From contig VGBI01000003.1 of NCBI GenBank assembly GCA_016870595.1, forward strand, positions 534 to 64,533: DNA of 64,000 nucleotides, written 5' to 3'. A program made the translations under genes and the position numbers. Below the pieces are notes generated by a model. It was given only the letters and a program-made list of their open reading frames with translations, did no database searches and was not told where the DNA came from. Shown piece after piece: positions 37,133 to 45,540 of this stretch. The DNA comes from Actinomycetota bacterium. GTDB taxonomy: Bacteria; Actinomycetota; Acidimicrobiia; IMCC26256; PALSA-555. The number at the start of each line of letters is the position of its first letter. Positions within the stretch are counted from its first letter, which is position 1.

Positions 37133-38596
37133 TCAGGTGCGGGTGAGCTTGACCCGACGCACGTAGTCCATCGCGATGCGGGTGAAGCCCCGCCCGAGGA
37201 CGTCGTCGAGGGCGTCGACCATGGTGTCGACCTGGTCGCGGGTCACGACGAGCGGCGGCTCGAGCCGGATCACGTTGCGGTTGTACTCGGTGAAGGCCAC
37301 GAGGACCCCGTGCTCCTCGAGCAGCAGCGCGCCCACGAGCCCGGCGAGGCCGCCCTTGAGCCGCTCGTCGAAGCGTCCGGCCAGGGCCCGGGTGCCCCGC
37401 GGGAGCACCCGGTGCAGGTCGGCGAACTCGACCCCGACCATCAGGCCCCGGCCCCGCACGTCGGTGACGAGGTCGGGGTACTTGGCCTGCAGCGCCTCCA
37501 GCCGGGCGATCAGGTGGGCGCCCTGCTCGGCGGCGTTGTCGATGAGGCCCTCGTCGTAGAGGACGTGCAGGGCCTCGATCGCGGTGATGCAGGCCTCGCC
37601 CATCCCGCCGAAGGTGGCGGGACCGTGGATCAGCGCGGTCTTCGCCGATCCGTACGCCTTCAGGAAGACCGGAGCGCGGGCGATGTAGGCACCGATGGCG
37701 GTCTTGCCCCCGCCGAGCGACTTGGCCAGGGTGACCACGTCGGGTACGACGTCCTCGTGCTCGAACGCGAAGAACTTCCCGGTGCGGCCGTAGCCGCACT
37801 GCACCTCGTCGGCGACCCAGAGCACGCCGTAGCGGTCGCAGAGGCGGCGCACCTCCCGGAAGTAGCCGTCGGGGGGCACGACGATCCCGGCGCCGCCCTG
37901 GATCGTCTCGGCGATGAAGACGCCGATCGAGGGATCCGCCCGGAGCGCCTGCTCCAACGCAGCGGCGTCGCCGAACGGCACCCGGTGCACGTGGTCGAGG
38001 AGCCGGAAGCCGGCCCGGTAGAACTCGGAGTCGGTGACCGAGAGGGCGCCGCGGGTCTTGCCGTGGAACGACTGCTCCACATAGCACACGGTCGACCGTT
38101 CGGGGCCGGCCGCCCGCTCGGCCAGCTTCAGGGCGGCCTCCACCGCCTCCGACCCCGACAGGCAGAGGAACACGTAGTCGAGGTCACCGGGGGCGATCCG
38201 GGCGAGGTCGTACGACAGCGTCGCGGCGTACTGCGAGAGGAAGGCGATCGCGAGCTCGTGGCGGTGCTCCGCGGCGAAGCGGTGGCGGGCGGCGAGGATG
38301 CGCGGGTGGTTGTGGCCGAACGCCAGGGCCCCGAAGGCCCCGAAGAAGTCGAGGATCTTGCGCCCGGACCGGTCGGTGTAGTGCATGCCCTCGGCCTGGT
38401 CGATCACGATCCGGTCGAAGCCGAGGAGCTTGAGCGTTGCGATCTGCCCCGGGTTCATGTGGGCCGCGGCGAGGCGGTTGACGGCGGCGGCGTCGAGGCC
38501 GAGCGCGTCGTCGATGCTCATCAGGGCGGGCTTGGGCGTGCCGGCCGGCGCCGGGGTCGGCTCGGAGCGCTGGGTGGTGGGATCGGAGTCCTGCAC
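37133..38596 (-). CDS. Class III (acetylornithine/GABA/putrescine-type) PLP aminotransferase
   Basis: LDFFGAFGALAFGHNHP, SGSEAVEAALKLA, ADEVQCGYGRTGKFFAFEH, and TLAKSLGGG with the PLP lysine. The start is either 38596 or ATG 38521. Confidence 0.9.
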   Translation of the reverse strand: MQDSDPTTQRSEPTPAPAGTPKPALMSIDDALGLDAAAVNRLAAAHMNPGQIATLKLLGFDRIVIDQAEGMHYTDRSGRKILDFFGAFGALAFGHNHPRILAARHRFAAEHRHELAIAFLSQYAATLSYDLARIAPGDLDYVFLCLSGSEAVEAALKLAERAAGPERSTVCYVEQSFHGKTRGALSVTDSEFYRAGFRLLDHVHRVPFGDAAALEQALRADPSIGVFIAETIQGGAGIVVPPDGYFREVRRLCDRYGVLWVADEVQCGYGRTGKFFAFEHEDVVPDVVTLAKSLGGGKTAIGAYIARAPVFLKAYGSAKTALIHGPATFGGMGEACITAIEALHVLYDEGLIDNAAEQGAHLIARLEALQAKYPDLVTDVRGRGLMVGVEFADLHRVLPRGTRALAGRFDERLKGGLAGLVGALLLEEHGVLVAFTEYNRNVIRLEPPLVVTRDQVDTMVDALDDVLGRGFTRIAMDYVRRVKLTRT

Positions 38597-38714
38597 GGAG
38601 CCCTCGCAGACCGCGGGCGGGGACGCACCGGACGCGTCCGCGGACGCGGCAGCCTACGGCGTGGCCCGGCGCTCGTGTGGACCGGGGGCGACGCCGTGCG
38701 GTTTACTGCTCGCC

Positions 38715-39200
38715 GTGGTTGACGATGGTGGGCCCGGGCCCGTGCCGCCCGGATCCGGTGCCGGGTCACCCCCGACCCCGCCCCGGGCTCCCTGGCCCGA
38801 GCTCGAGCCGTGGCCCGAGCCCCGGCGCGACCGGCCCGCCCCGGCGCCACCGCGTCGCTCGGGCGGGGTGGGCGGCTACCTCGGGGGGATCGCGATCGGC
38901 GCCGCCCTCGGCCCGATCGTGGTCGGTGGGCTCTGGATGGTCTTCCTCTTCTACGCCGACCGACTCGCCGGCTTCGACACCGGCAACAACCGCTTCTCGG
39001 ACATCGTGGTCGGCTCGGTGTTCGCGTCCCCGTTCCTCGGCATGATCGCGGGCGCGCTGGTGGTGCGCGCGCGTCGTCGCCGGGCTGCGGACCGGGCTGC
39101 GGACCGGGCTGCGGACCGGACCGCAGACCGGACCGCGGACCGGTCCCGGTCGTCGGGCCGCGGGTCACCGCCCGCTCGGGGCGGGCGCCGCCGGGGCTAG
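38715..39200 (+). CDS. Hypothetical Pro-rich / 2-TM membrane protein with RAAD/RTAD repeat tail
   Basis: GTG 38715 within ORF 38385..39200. TM segments GGIAIGAALGPIVVGGLWMVFLFY and VVGSVFASPFLGMIAGALVV. It ends 9 nt before the VWA gene. Weakly supported. Confidence 0.4.
   Translation: MVDDGGPGPVPPGSGAGSPPTPPRAPWPELEPWPEPRRDRPAPAPPRRSGGVGGYLGGIAIGAALGPIVVGGLWMVFLFYADRLAGFDTGNNRFSDIVVGSVFASPFLGMIAGALVVRARRRRAADRAADRAADRTADRTADRSRSSGRGSPPARGGRRRG
39081..39140 (+). repeat. Five tandem 12-nt units (3x CGGGCTGCGGAC, then CGGACCGCAGAC, CGGACCGCGGAC)
   Basis: Read directly. In frame, encoding RAADRAADRAADRTADRTAD. Confidence 0.9.
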
Positions 39201-39209
39201 CCTGCGCCG

Positions 39210-41273
39210 ATGCGGCAACGTCGGCGGGATCGCGAGGGTCGGGACGGCGCCCGCGACCGCGGTCGGGACCGAGCGGACCGGGCCTTCCGCTACTCGGCGT
39301 GGGACGGCACCCAGCGGGGGTTCGACCTCGACGCCGACGCCCTGCTCGACGAGATGACCGACGACCTGCTGTACCACGGCGACCTGCACGCCGCGATGCG
39401 GCGGATGATGCAGGACGGGCTGCGCGACCGCAACGGCGACGAGCTCATGGGCGTCCGCGACATGCTGCGCCGGCTCCGGGAGCGCCGTCGCGAGATGCTC
39501 GACCGCTACGACCTCGGCGGGGTGTACGAGGACATCGCCGAGCGCCTGCGCGAGATCGTCGACGAGGAGCGCGAGGGCATCGAGCGCCGGATCGACGACG
39601 CCGCCCGCGGTGGCGACCCGCGCCAGCAGGAGATCGTGGAGGCCGCCGCCGACCAGCACCGCGAGCGGCTCGACCAGCTGCCCCCGGACCTCGCCGGTCG
39701 GGTCCAGGAGCTCCAGCAGTACGAGTGGATGGACGACGGCGCCCGCCAGCGGTTCGAGGAGCTCATGGGCGAGCTCAAGGAACAGCTGATGCAGAGCTAC
39801 TTCAACCAGATGTCCGAGGGCATGCAGAACCTCGCGCCCGAGCAGATGCAGCGGATGAAGGACATGCTCGCCGAGCTGAACCAGATGCTCGAGCAGCGGG
39901 CCCAGGGCCAGGAGCCGGACTTCGACGGGTTCATGGAGCGCTACGGGGACTTCTTCCCGGGGAACCCCCGCAACCTCGACGAGCTGCTCGAGCAGATGGC
40001 CCGGTCGATGGCCCAGATGCAGCAGCTGATGAACTCCATGACCCCCGAGCAGCGGGCCCAGCTCCAGGCCCTCGCCGAGTCGCTGCTCGAGGACATGGAC
40101 CTGCGCTGGCAGATGGACCAGCTGTCCCAGAACCTCCAGCAGGCGTTCCCGCAGCTCCCCTGGGACCGCCAGATGAACTTCCGGGGCGACGACCCCCTGT
40201 CGATGTCGGGCATGCCGAGCCTGCTCGACCAGCTCGGCGACATGGACGACCTCGAGCACCTCCTCTCCCAGGCCACCCAGCCGGGCGAGCTCACCGAGGT
40301 CGACATCGACCGGGCCCGCGAGATGCTCGGCGACGACGCCGCCCGGTCGCTGGAGCGCCTGGCCGAGCTGGCCCGGATGCTGGAGGAGGCGGGGCTCATC
40401 GAGACCCGTGAGGGCCGCCTCGAGCTCACGCCCCGGGGCCTGCGGGCGATCGGGCAGAAGGCCCTGGGCGACCTCTACCGCAAGCTCGTGAAGGACCGCA
40501 CCGGCCGTCACGAGGTCACGGCCGCGGGCACCGGACACGACCCCGCCTACGAGACCAAGCCCTACGAGTGGGGCGACCCGTTCCGCCTCGACGTCCAGCA
40601 GACGGTGAAGAACGCGATCTGGCGCCAGGGGTCGGGGACGCCGGTCCGGCTGACCCCGGCCGACTTCGAGATCGAGCGCACCGAGCTCACCACCCGGAGC
40701 GCCACCGTCCTGCTGCTCGACGTCTCGATGTCGATGCCCATGCGGGACAACTTCCTGCCCGCGAAGAAGGTGGCGATGGCGCTCCACGCCCTCATCACCA
40801 GCCAGTACCCGCGCGACTACTTCGGCCTGGTGAGCTTCGGCCGGGTCGCCCGGGAGGTGGCGCCCGACAAGCTCCCGGAGATGAGCTGGGACTTCGAGTG
40901 GGGCACCAACATGCACCACGCGCTCGCGCTGGCCCGCCGGATGCTGCACCGCCAGAGCGGCACCAAGCAGGTGATCATGGTCACCGACGGCGAGCCGACC
41001 GCCCACATCACCCCCGACGGGCACGCCTACTTCGACTACCCGCCCTCGCCGGTGACGATCGAGGAGACGTTGAAGGAGGTGATGCGCTGCACCCGGGAGG
41101 GGATCCGCATCAACACCTTCATGCTCGACGACGGCTGGAACCTGAAGACGTTCGTCGAGCAGATGTGCCGGATCAACCGGGGTCGCGCCTTCTACACCAC
41201 CCCCGACACCCTCGGCGACTACGTGCTGGTCGACTTCCTCGAGGGGCGGCGGGCCAACCGCCGCGCGAGCTGA
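39210..41273 (+). CDS. VWA-domain protein with long Met/Gln/Glu-rich helical N-terminal region (partner type of the ChlI/MoxR-like ATPase)
   Basis: FRYSAWDGTQ N-terminal motif. C-terminal VWA with MIDAS-like LLLDVSMSM ... VIMVTDGEPTAH. Confidence 0.85.
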   Translation: MRQRRRDREGRDGARDRGRDRADRAFRYSAWDGTQRGFDLDADALLDEMTDDLLYHGDLHAAMRRMMQDGLRDRNGDELMGVRDMLRRLRERRREMLDRYDLGGVYEDIAERLREIVDEEREGIERRIDDAARGGDPRQQEIVEAAADQHRERLDQLPPDLAGRVQELQQYEWMDDGARQRFEELMGELKEQLMQSYFNQMSEGMQNLAPEQMQRMKDMLAELNQMLEQRAQGQEPDFDGFMERYGDFFPGNPRNLDELLEQMARSMAQMQQLMNSMTPEQRAQLQALAESLLEDMDLRWQMDQLSQNLQQAFPQLPWDRQMNFRGDDPLSMSGMPSLLDQLGDMDDLEHLLSQATQPGELTEVDIDRAREMLGDDAARSLERLAELARMLEEAGLIETREGRLELTPRGLRAIGQKALGDLYRKLVKDRTGRHEVTAAGTGHDPAYETKPYEWGDPFRLDVQQTVKNAIWRQGSGTPVRLTPADFEIERTELTTRSATVLLLDVSMSMPMRDNFLPAKKVAMALHALITSQYPRDYFGLVSFGRVAREVAPDKLPEMSWDFEWGTNMHHALALARRMLHRQSGTKQVIMVTDGEPTAHITPDGHAYFDYPPSPVTIEETLKEVMRCTREGIRINTFMLDDGWNLKTFVEQMCRINRGRAFYTTPDTLGDYVLVDFLEGRRANRRAS

Positions 41274-41283
41274 CCCGGTCGGC

Positions 41284-41781
41284 TCAGCGGGCGAGCACCC
41301 GGTCGTAGATGGCCCGGGTGCCGGCGTCGAAGCACACGAACCGGACCTCGTCCAGGGACCCGGCCGCGGCCCGCACGGTGGCCACCGCGACCTCGGTCGC
41401 GTCGTCGAGCGGGTAGCCGAAGATGCCGGTCGAGATGGCCGGGAAGGCGACAGACCGGGCGCCGACCCCGACCGCGACCTCGATCGCCCGGTGGTAGGCG
41501 CCGGCGAGGAGCGCGGGCTCGTCCGCGGTGCCGCCCTGCCACACCGGGCCGACGGCGTGGACGATGAAGCGGGCGGGGAGCCCGAAGCCCGGGGTGACCC
41601 GGGCGTCGCCGGTGGGGCACGGGGCGAGGGCGGCACACGCCGCGTCGAGGTCGGGGCCGGCGGCGGCGAAGATCGCCCCGCACACGCCGCCGCCCCGCCG
41701 GAGCCCCTCGTTGGCCGCGTTGACGACGGCGTCGACGGCCTGAGCGGTCAGGTCGCCGGTCACCACGGTGAGGCGCGTCAC
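41284..41781 (-). CDS. Macro domain protein (YmdB-type O-acetyl-ADP-ribose deacetylase-like)
   Basis: VTGDLTAQAVDAVVNAAN, GGGVCGAIF, HAVGPVW, VAFPAISTGIFGYP. Confidence 0.9.
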   Translation of the reverse strand: MTRLTVVTGDLTAQAVDAVVNAANEGLRRGGGVCGAIFAAAGPDLDAACAALAPCPTGDARVTPGFGLPARFIVHAVGPVWQGGTADEPALLAGAYHRAIEVAVGVGARSVAFPAISTGIFGYPLDDATEVAVATVRAAAGSLDEVRFVCFDAGTRAIYDRVLAR

Positions 41782-42031
41782 GCCGTCAGGCTAGGCCCCG
41801 GGCCCCCGCGCGACCCGAAATCTTGCCGCGAAAGCCTTGAATCAGACACCAATCGGCAGGAATCCGCCCGTCCCACTTGCACTCCGGGCCCTCGAACGAT
41901 CAGAGTGACACCGTTGTAATTCCACCTGCGTCATTCCGGGCCCACGGGACCGGACCACCCGGTGGCCGGAGGCGCACGACCGTGCGCCCGAGCGGACGAA
42001 CCCGAGCGGACGTCAACAGAGGGGGAAGCGG

Positions 42032-42349
42032 GTGCAGGTCTTCGAGATCGTGAAGTTCCTCCGGTCGGACGGCGGCGACGACCGCCGCTGGCAGGAGCGG
42101 GCCAACTGCCTGGGGGTGGACCCCGACCTGTTCTTCCCGGAGCGGGGGGCGTCGACCCGGGAGGCCAAGGCGGTCTGCCGGGGGTGCGAGGTCCGCGACG
42201 AGTGCCTCGAGTACGCCCTCGACCAGGGCGAGAAGTTCGGCATCTGGGGCGGCCTCTCCGAGCGGGAGCGCCGGCGGGTCCGCCGTCAGCGGGCCTTGGA
42301 GCGCCGCGGGGTCGCCTCGGCCCGACCCCCCGGGGTCGCCTCGGCCTGA
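42032..42349 (+). CDS. WhiB-family (Wbl) Fe-S transcription factor
   Basis: C-x29-C-x2-C-x5-C (ANCLGVD...AVCRGCEVRDEC), GIWGG turn and a basic tail. Preceded by a 250-bp non-coding region. Confidence 0.85.
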   Translation: MQVFEIVKFLRSDGGDDRRWQERANCLGVDPDLFFPERGASTREAKAVCRGCEVRDECLEYALDQGEKFGIWGGLSERERRRVRRQRALERRGVASARPPGVASA

Positions 42350-42359
42350 CCTCCCAGGG

Positions 42360-43211
42360 TCAGCCGTCCCGCCCGGCGAGGCGGGACTCGATCGTGCAGC
42401 CGGGGTCGAGGCCCGCCCAGGCCCGGAACCCGGCGCTGCACCGCTCCAGGTCGACGGTGCGCAGCAGTCCCACCAGCTCGACCCGCTCCACCCGACCGCC
42501 CGCGGCCGCGACGGCGTCGCGCACGGCGGTGCAGGCGGCTTCCACGCCGGTGCGCTCGAGGTCCACCAGGTTCATCGACACCTGGGCCCGGGCCCGGCCC
42601 GGGAGCGCGAGGCCGAGGGCCCGCACCCCGGGGAGGCCGCCGTCACGCGCCCGCACGACGGTCGCCACCCGGCGGGCCAGGGCGACGTCGTCCGAGTCGA
42701 GCCAGCAGTTCACGGCCACCATCGGCGCCCGGGCCCCCACCGCCACCGCCCCGAGCCTCGGATGGGCCGCGGGGCCACCGAGGTCCGGCGGCCGCCGGAC
42801 GAAGGCATCGCGGCGGACCTCGGGCAGGCTGCACCCGTCGGCGGCCGCGCCGTCGTAGAGGAACACGGGGACGCCGAGCGCGCGGTGGATCCAGGTGGCG
42901 AACGCGTGGGCCGCATCGACCGCGACCGGGGTGGGCTCGTCGAGTGCGACGAAGGGCACGACGTCGAGCGCGCCGAGGCGCGGGTGGACGCCGCGGTGCG
43001 TCCGCAGGTCGCAGTGCTCGGCCACCGCCCGGGCCAGCGCCTCGGCGGCTCGGAGCGCGTCCCGGGGACCCGGGCCGGCCAGGGTGAGCACCGTCCGGTG
43101 GTGGTCGGCGTCGACGTGGCGGTCGAGCAGGGCGGCGCCGCAGGCGTCGGCGAGGGCGGCGACCACGACGGGATCACGGCCCTCCGAGACGTTGGGCACG
43201 CACTCCAGCAC
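42360..43211 (-). CDS. Glutamate formimidoyltransferase (FTCD N-terminal transferase domain only)
   Basis: C-terminal 283 aa of ORF 42360..44450, starting at GTG 43209-43211. LECVPNVSEGRD signature, HHRTVLTL, PRLGALDVVPFV. Confidence 0.85.
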   Translation of the reverse strand: MLECVPNVSEGRDPVVVAALADACGAALLDRHVDADHHRTVLTLAGPGPRDALRAAEALARAVAEHCDLRTHRGVHPRLGALDVVPFVALDEPTPVAVDAAHAFATWIHRALGVPVFLYDGAAADGCSLPEVRRDAFVRRPPDLGGPAAHPRLGAVAVGARAPMVAVNCWLDSDDVALARRVATVVRARDGGLPGVRALGLALPGRARAQVSMNLVDLERTGVEAACTAVRDAVAAAGGRVERVELVGLLRTVDLERCSAGFRAWAGLDPGCTIESRLAGRDG

Positions 43212-43247
43212 CGGCCCAGTATGGACCGCGCCCCGTAACCTGCAGCG

Positions 43248-44252
43248 ATGCGCATCGGGCTCGCGCTGCCCCAGTACGACTACTCGGTCCCGGGCGAGGA
43301 CCCGCTGCGCTTCGAGACGATCGAGCGGCACGCGCGCGTCGCCGAGGCGGCCGGGGTCGACTCCCTGTGGCTGAGCGACCACCTGTTCCTCGACCTCGCC
43401 AAGTACGGGGGACCCGACCGTCGCTACGGCGCGTACGAGCCGATCGGCACGCTCGCGGCGCTCGCCCGGGCGGTGCCCCGGGTCCGACTGGGCACGCTCG
43501 TGCTGCTCGAGGCGCTGCGGCCCGCCGCGGTCCTCGCCACTGCGCTCGCGACGCTCGACCGCATCACCGGCGGCCGGCTCGACGTGGGCCTGGGGGCGGG
43601 CTGGTACGCCCCCGACTACGAGGCCGTCGGCCTGACGATGCCCCGGCCGGGGGAGCGGGTCGACCGGCTCCGCGAGGCGCTCACGGTGGTGGGCGACCTG
43701 CTCGCGGGCAACCCGGTCACGTTCGCCGGCCGCGCGCACGCGGCCGCGGGTGCCGTCCTCGACCCGCCGCCGGTGCAGACGCCCCGCCCCCCGCTCTTCG
43801 TCGGGGGCAAGGGCGACCGGGTGCTCCGCGCGGCGGTCGACCTCGCCGACGGCTGGAACACCTGCTGGGTCTGGACGCCGGCCGCCTACCGCGAGCGCCT
43901 CGACGCGCTCCACCGGGCCTGCGACGCTGCGGGGCGCGACCCGGCGACGGTGTGGCGGTCGCTCGGCCTCTACGCGCTCTGCGGCGAGGACGAGGCCGAC
44001 CTCGCCCGCCGGTTCGAGCGGCTCCGGGCCGTCTCGCCCCCGGGGGTCCTCGACGTCGACCTCGCCGAGTGGCGGGAGGGCCGCCTGGTCGGCACGCCCG
44101 AGCAGATCCGTGCCCAGCTCGCCGGGTGGGCCGACCTCGGCGTCGAGACCGTGATCCTCGGCGTCGGGGCGGTGCCGTTCCAGGTGGGCGCCCTCGACGA
44201 CGTCGAGTGCCTGCTCGAGGTCTGCGGGCAGGGCCGGGGCGCCCCGGGTTAA
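43248..44252 (+). CDS. Luciferase-like monooxygenase (LLM) family, probable F420-dependent oxidoreductase
   Basis: MRIGLALPQ..., SLWLSDHL, RLDVGLGAGW, LFVGGKGDRVLR. Confidence 0.85.
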   Translation: MRIGLALPQYDYSVPGEDPLRFETIERHARVAEAAGVDSLWLSDHLFLDLAKYGGPDRRYGAYEPIGTLAALARAVPRVRLGTLVLLEALRPAAVLATALATLDRITGGRLDVGLGAGWYAPDYEAVGLTMPRPGERVDRLREALTVVGDLLAGNPVTFAGRAHAAAGAVLDPPPVQTPRPPLFVGGKGDRVLRAAVDLADGWNTCWVWTPAAYRERLDALHRACDAAGRDPATVWRSLGLYALCGEDEADLARRFERLRAVSPPGVLDVDLAEWREGRLVGTPEQIRAQLAGWADLGVETVILGVGAVPFQVGALDDVECLLEVCGQGRGAPG

Positions 44253-44283
44253 CATGTGACCACGCCCATCCGAAGGGATCGCC

Positions 44284-44454
44284 ATGAACGTGGGCCCCAC
44301 CGAGCTCATCATCGTCCTGCTGATCGTGCTGCTGATCTTCGGCGGGGCGAAGCTCCCGAAGCTGGCCCGCTCCATGGGCCAGGCCCAGAAGGAGTTCAAG
44401 CAGGGCCTGACCGAGGGCGCCAAGGACGGCGGCGAGTCGTCCGAGGCCAAGTAG
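44284..44454 (+). CDS. tatA: Twin-arginine translocase subunit TatA/E (56 aa; below the ORF-track length cut-off)
   Basis: Own translation: MNVGPTELIIVLLIVLLIFGGAKLPKLARSMGQAQKEFKQGLTEGAKDGGESSEAK. This is the canonical TatA TM helix, FG hinge and amphipathic helix. Confidence 0.85.
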   Translation: MNVGPTELIIVLLIVLLIFGGAKLPKLARSMGQAQKEFKQGLTEGAKDGGESSEAK

Positions 44455-44530
44455 CCCGGTCCCGCCGCCTGCGTCCGGGGCGGGTGCCCCGGCCCGCCCG
44501 GGAACCCGATCGGCCGGTCGGTTCGTTGAC

Positions 44531-45037
44531 GTGGTGACCGACGGTGTCCCCACCTGGGAGGAAGTCGCCCGTGACCACGGGCGCTTCATGTACTCGGTGG
44601 CCTACCGCCTGGCCGGAAACGACGAAGACGCCCAGGACCTCGTCCAGGAGTCGCTCCTCCGCGTCCACCGCGGGCTCGAGCGCTACCAGCCGGGGTCCCT
44701 CGAAGGTTGGTTGGCTCGGATCGTGACGAACGTGTTTCTCGACGAGGTCCGGCGGCGGCGGCGCCGTCCCGCCGACGCGCTGCCCGACGATCCCGAGCGC
44801 GTGCTGCCTGCGTCACCCGCGGCCGACGAGGTGTCGTCGGGGCTCTCCGACGAGATCCAGGCGGCCCTCGCCGCCCTTCCCGAGGAGTTCCGGGTGCCGG
44901 TGGTGCTCTGCGACGTCGCCGACCAGTCCTACGAGCAGATCGCCGCCGCGCTCGGCGTCCCGGTCGGGACCGTGCGGTCCCGCCTGCACCGCGGCCGGCG
45001 ACTGCTGCGCACCATGCTCACCGAGGGGGCCGCATGA
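44531..45037 (+). CDS. sigE: ECF (group IV) sigma-70 family sigma factor, SigE-like by synteny
   Basis: Region 2 (YSVAYRLAGNDEDAQDLVQESLLRV) and region 4 (SYEQIAAALGVPVGTVRSRLHRGR). Followed by an anti-sigma gene and, further downstream, htrA. Confidence 0.85.
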   Translation: MVTDGVPTWEEVARDHGRFMYSVAYRLAGNDEDAQDLVQESLLRVHRGLERYQPGSLEGWLARIVTNVFLDEVRRRRRRPADALPDDPERVLPASPAADEVSSGLSDEIQAALAALPEEFRVPVVLCDVADQSYEQIAAALGVPVGTVRSRLHRGRRLLRTMLTEGAA

Positions 45038-45540
45038 GTCGTCCACCGATCCCGCCGACCGGGTCCGTGGATCCGGACGACACCGTGCTGTCGGCCTACC
45101 TCGACGGCGAGTGCACCGATGCCGAGCGGGTCGCCCTCGACGCCCGCCTGGCCGACTCGGCCGACCTCCGGGCCGCGCTGGCCGAGGTGGCCGCGGCGCG
45201 TGACGCCGTGCGTGGCCTCCCGCTGCGTGACGCCCCCCCGGGGTTCTTCGAGCGCCTGCTGGCCGAGGGCCTGCCCGAGGCGTCCGCCGCGGTCCCGACC
45301 CCGGCCCCGGTTCCCGACGACCTGACGGCCCGGCGCGCCCGCCGCACGCGGCGCTGGACCGCCGTGGGCGGCGCGGCCGCTGCCGCGATGCTCGCGGTGG
45401 TCGTCCTGGTCCCGCGGCCGGCGTCGGTCACCCCGCCGGTCGCGACGTTCACCGACGCCCACGCCGTGCGCTCGTCCCTGCAGGACGACGTGGTCAGCTC
45501 GCTCGTGCCGCTCGGCGTGCGGGCCGGGTTCCGCCCGTGA
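45034..45540 (+). CDS. Membrane-spanning anti-sigma factor (anti-sigma domain without zinc ligands)
   Basis: ATGA overlap with the sigma gene. LSAYLDGECTDAERVALDARLA is the anti-sigma N-terminal helix pattern, but H-x3-C-x2-C is absent. One TM (WTAVGGAAAAAMLAVVVLV). Confidence 0.7.
   Translation: MSRPPIPPTGSVDPDDTVLSAYLDGECTDAERVALDARLADSADLRAALAEVAAARDAVRGLPLRDAPPGFFERLLAEGLPEASAAVPTPAPVPDDLTARRARRTRRWTAVGGAAAAAMLAVVVLVPRPASVTPPVATFTDAHAVRSSLQDDVVSSLVPLGVRAGFRP

Noticed and set aside
41284-42349. The macrodomain gene next to whiB as a DarT/DarG-like toxin-antitoxin or anti-phage module.
   Set aside because: No DarT-like or other toxin ORF is adjacent. The macrodomain is a short stand-alone YmdB-type protein, divergent from whiB.
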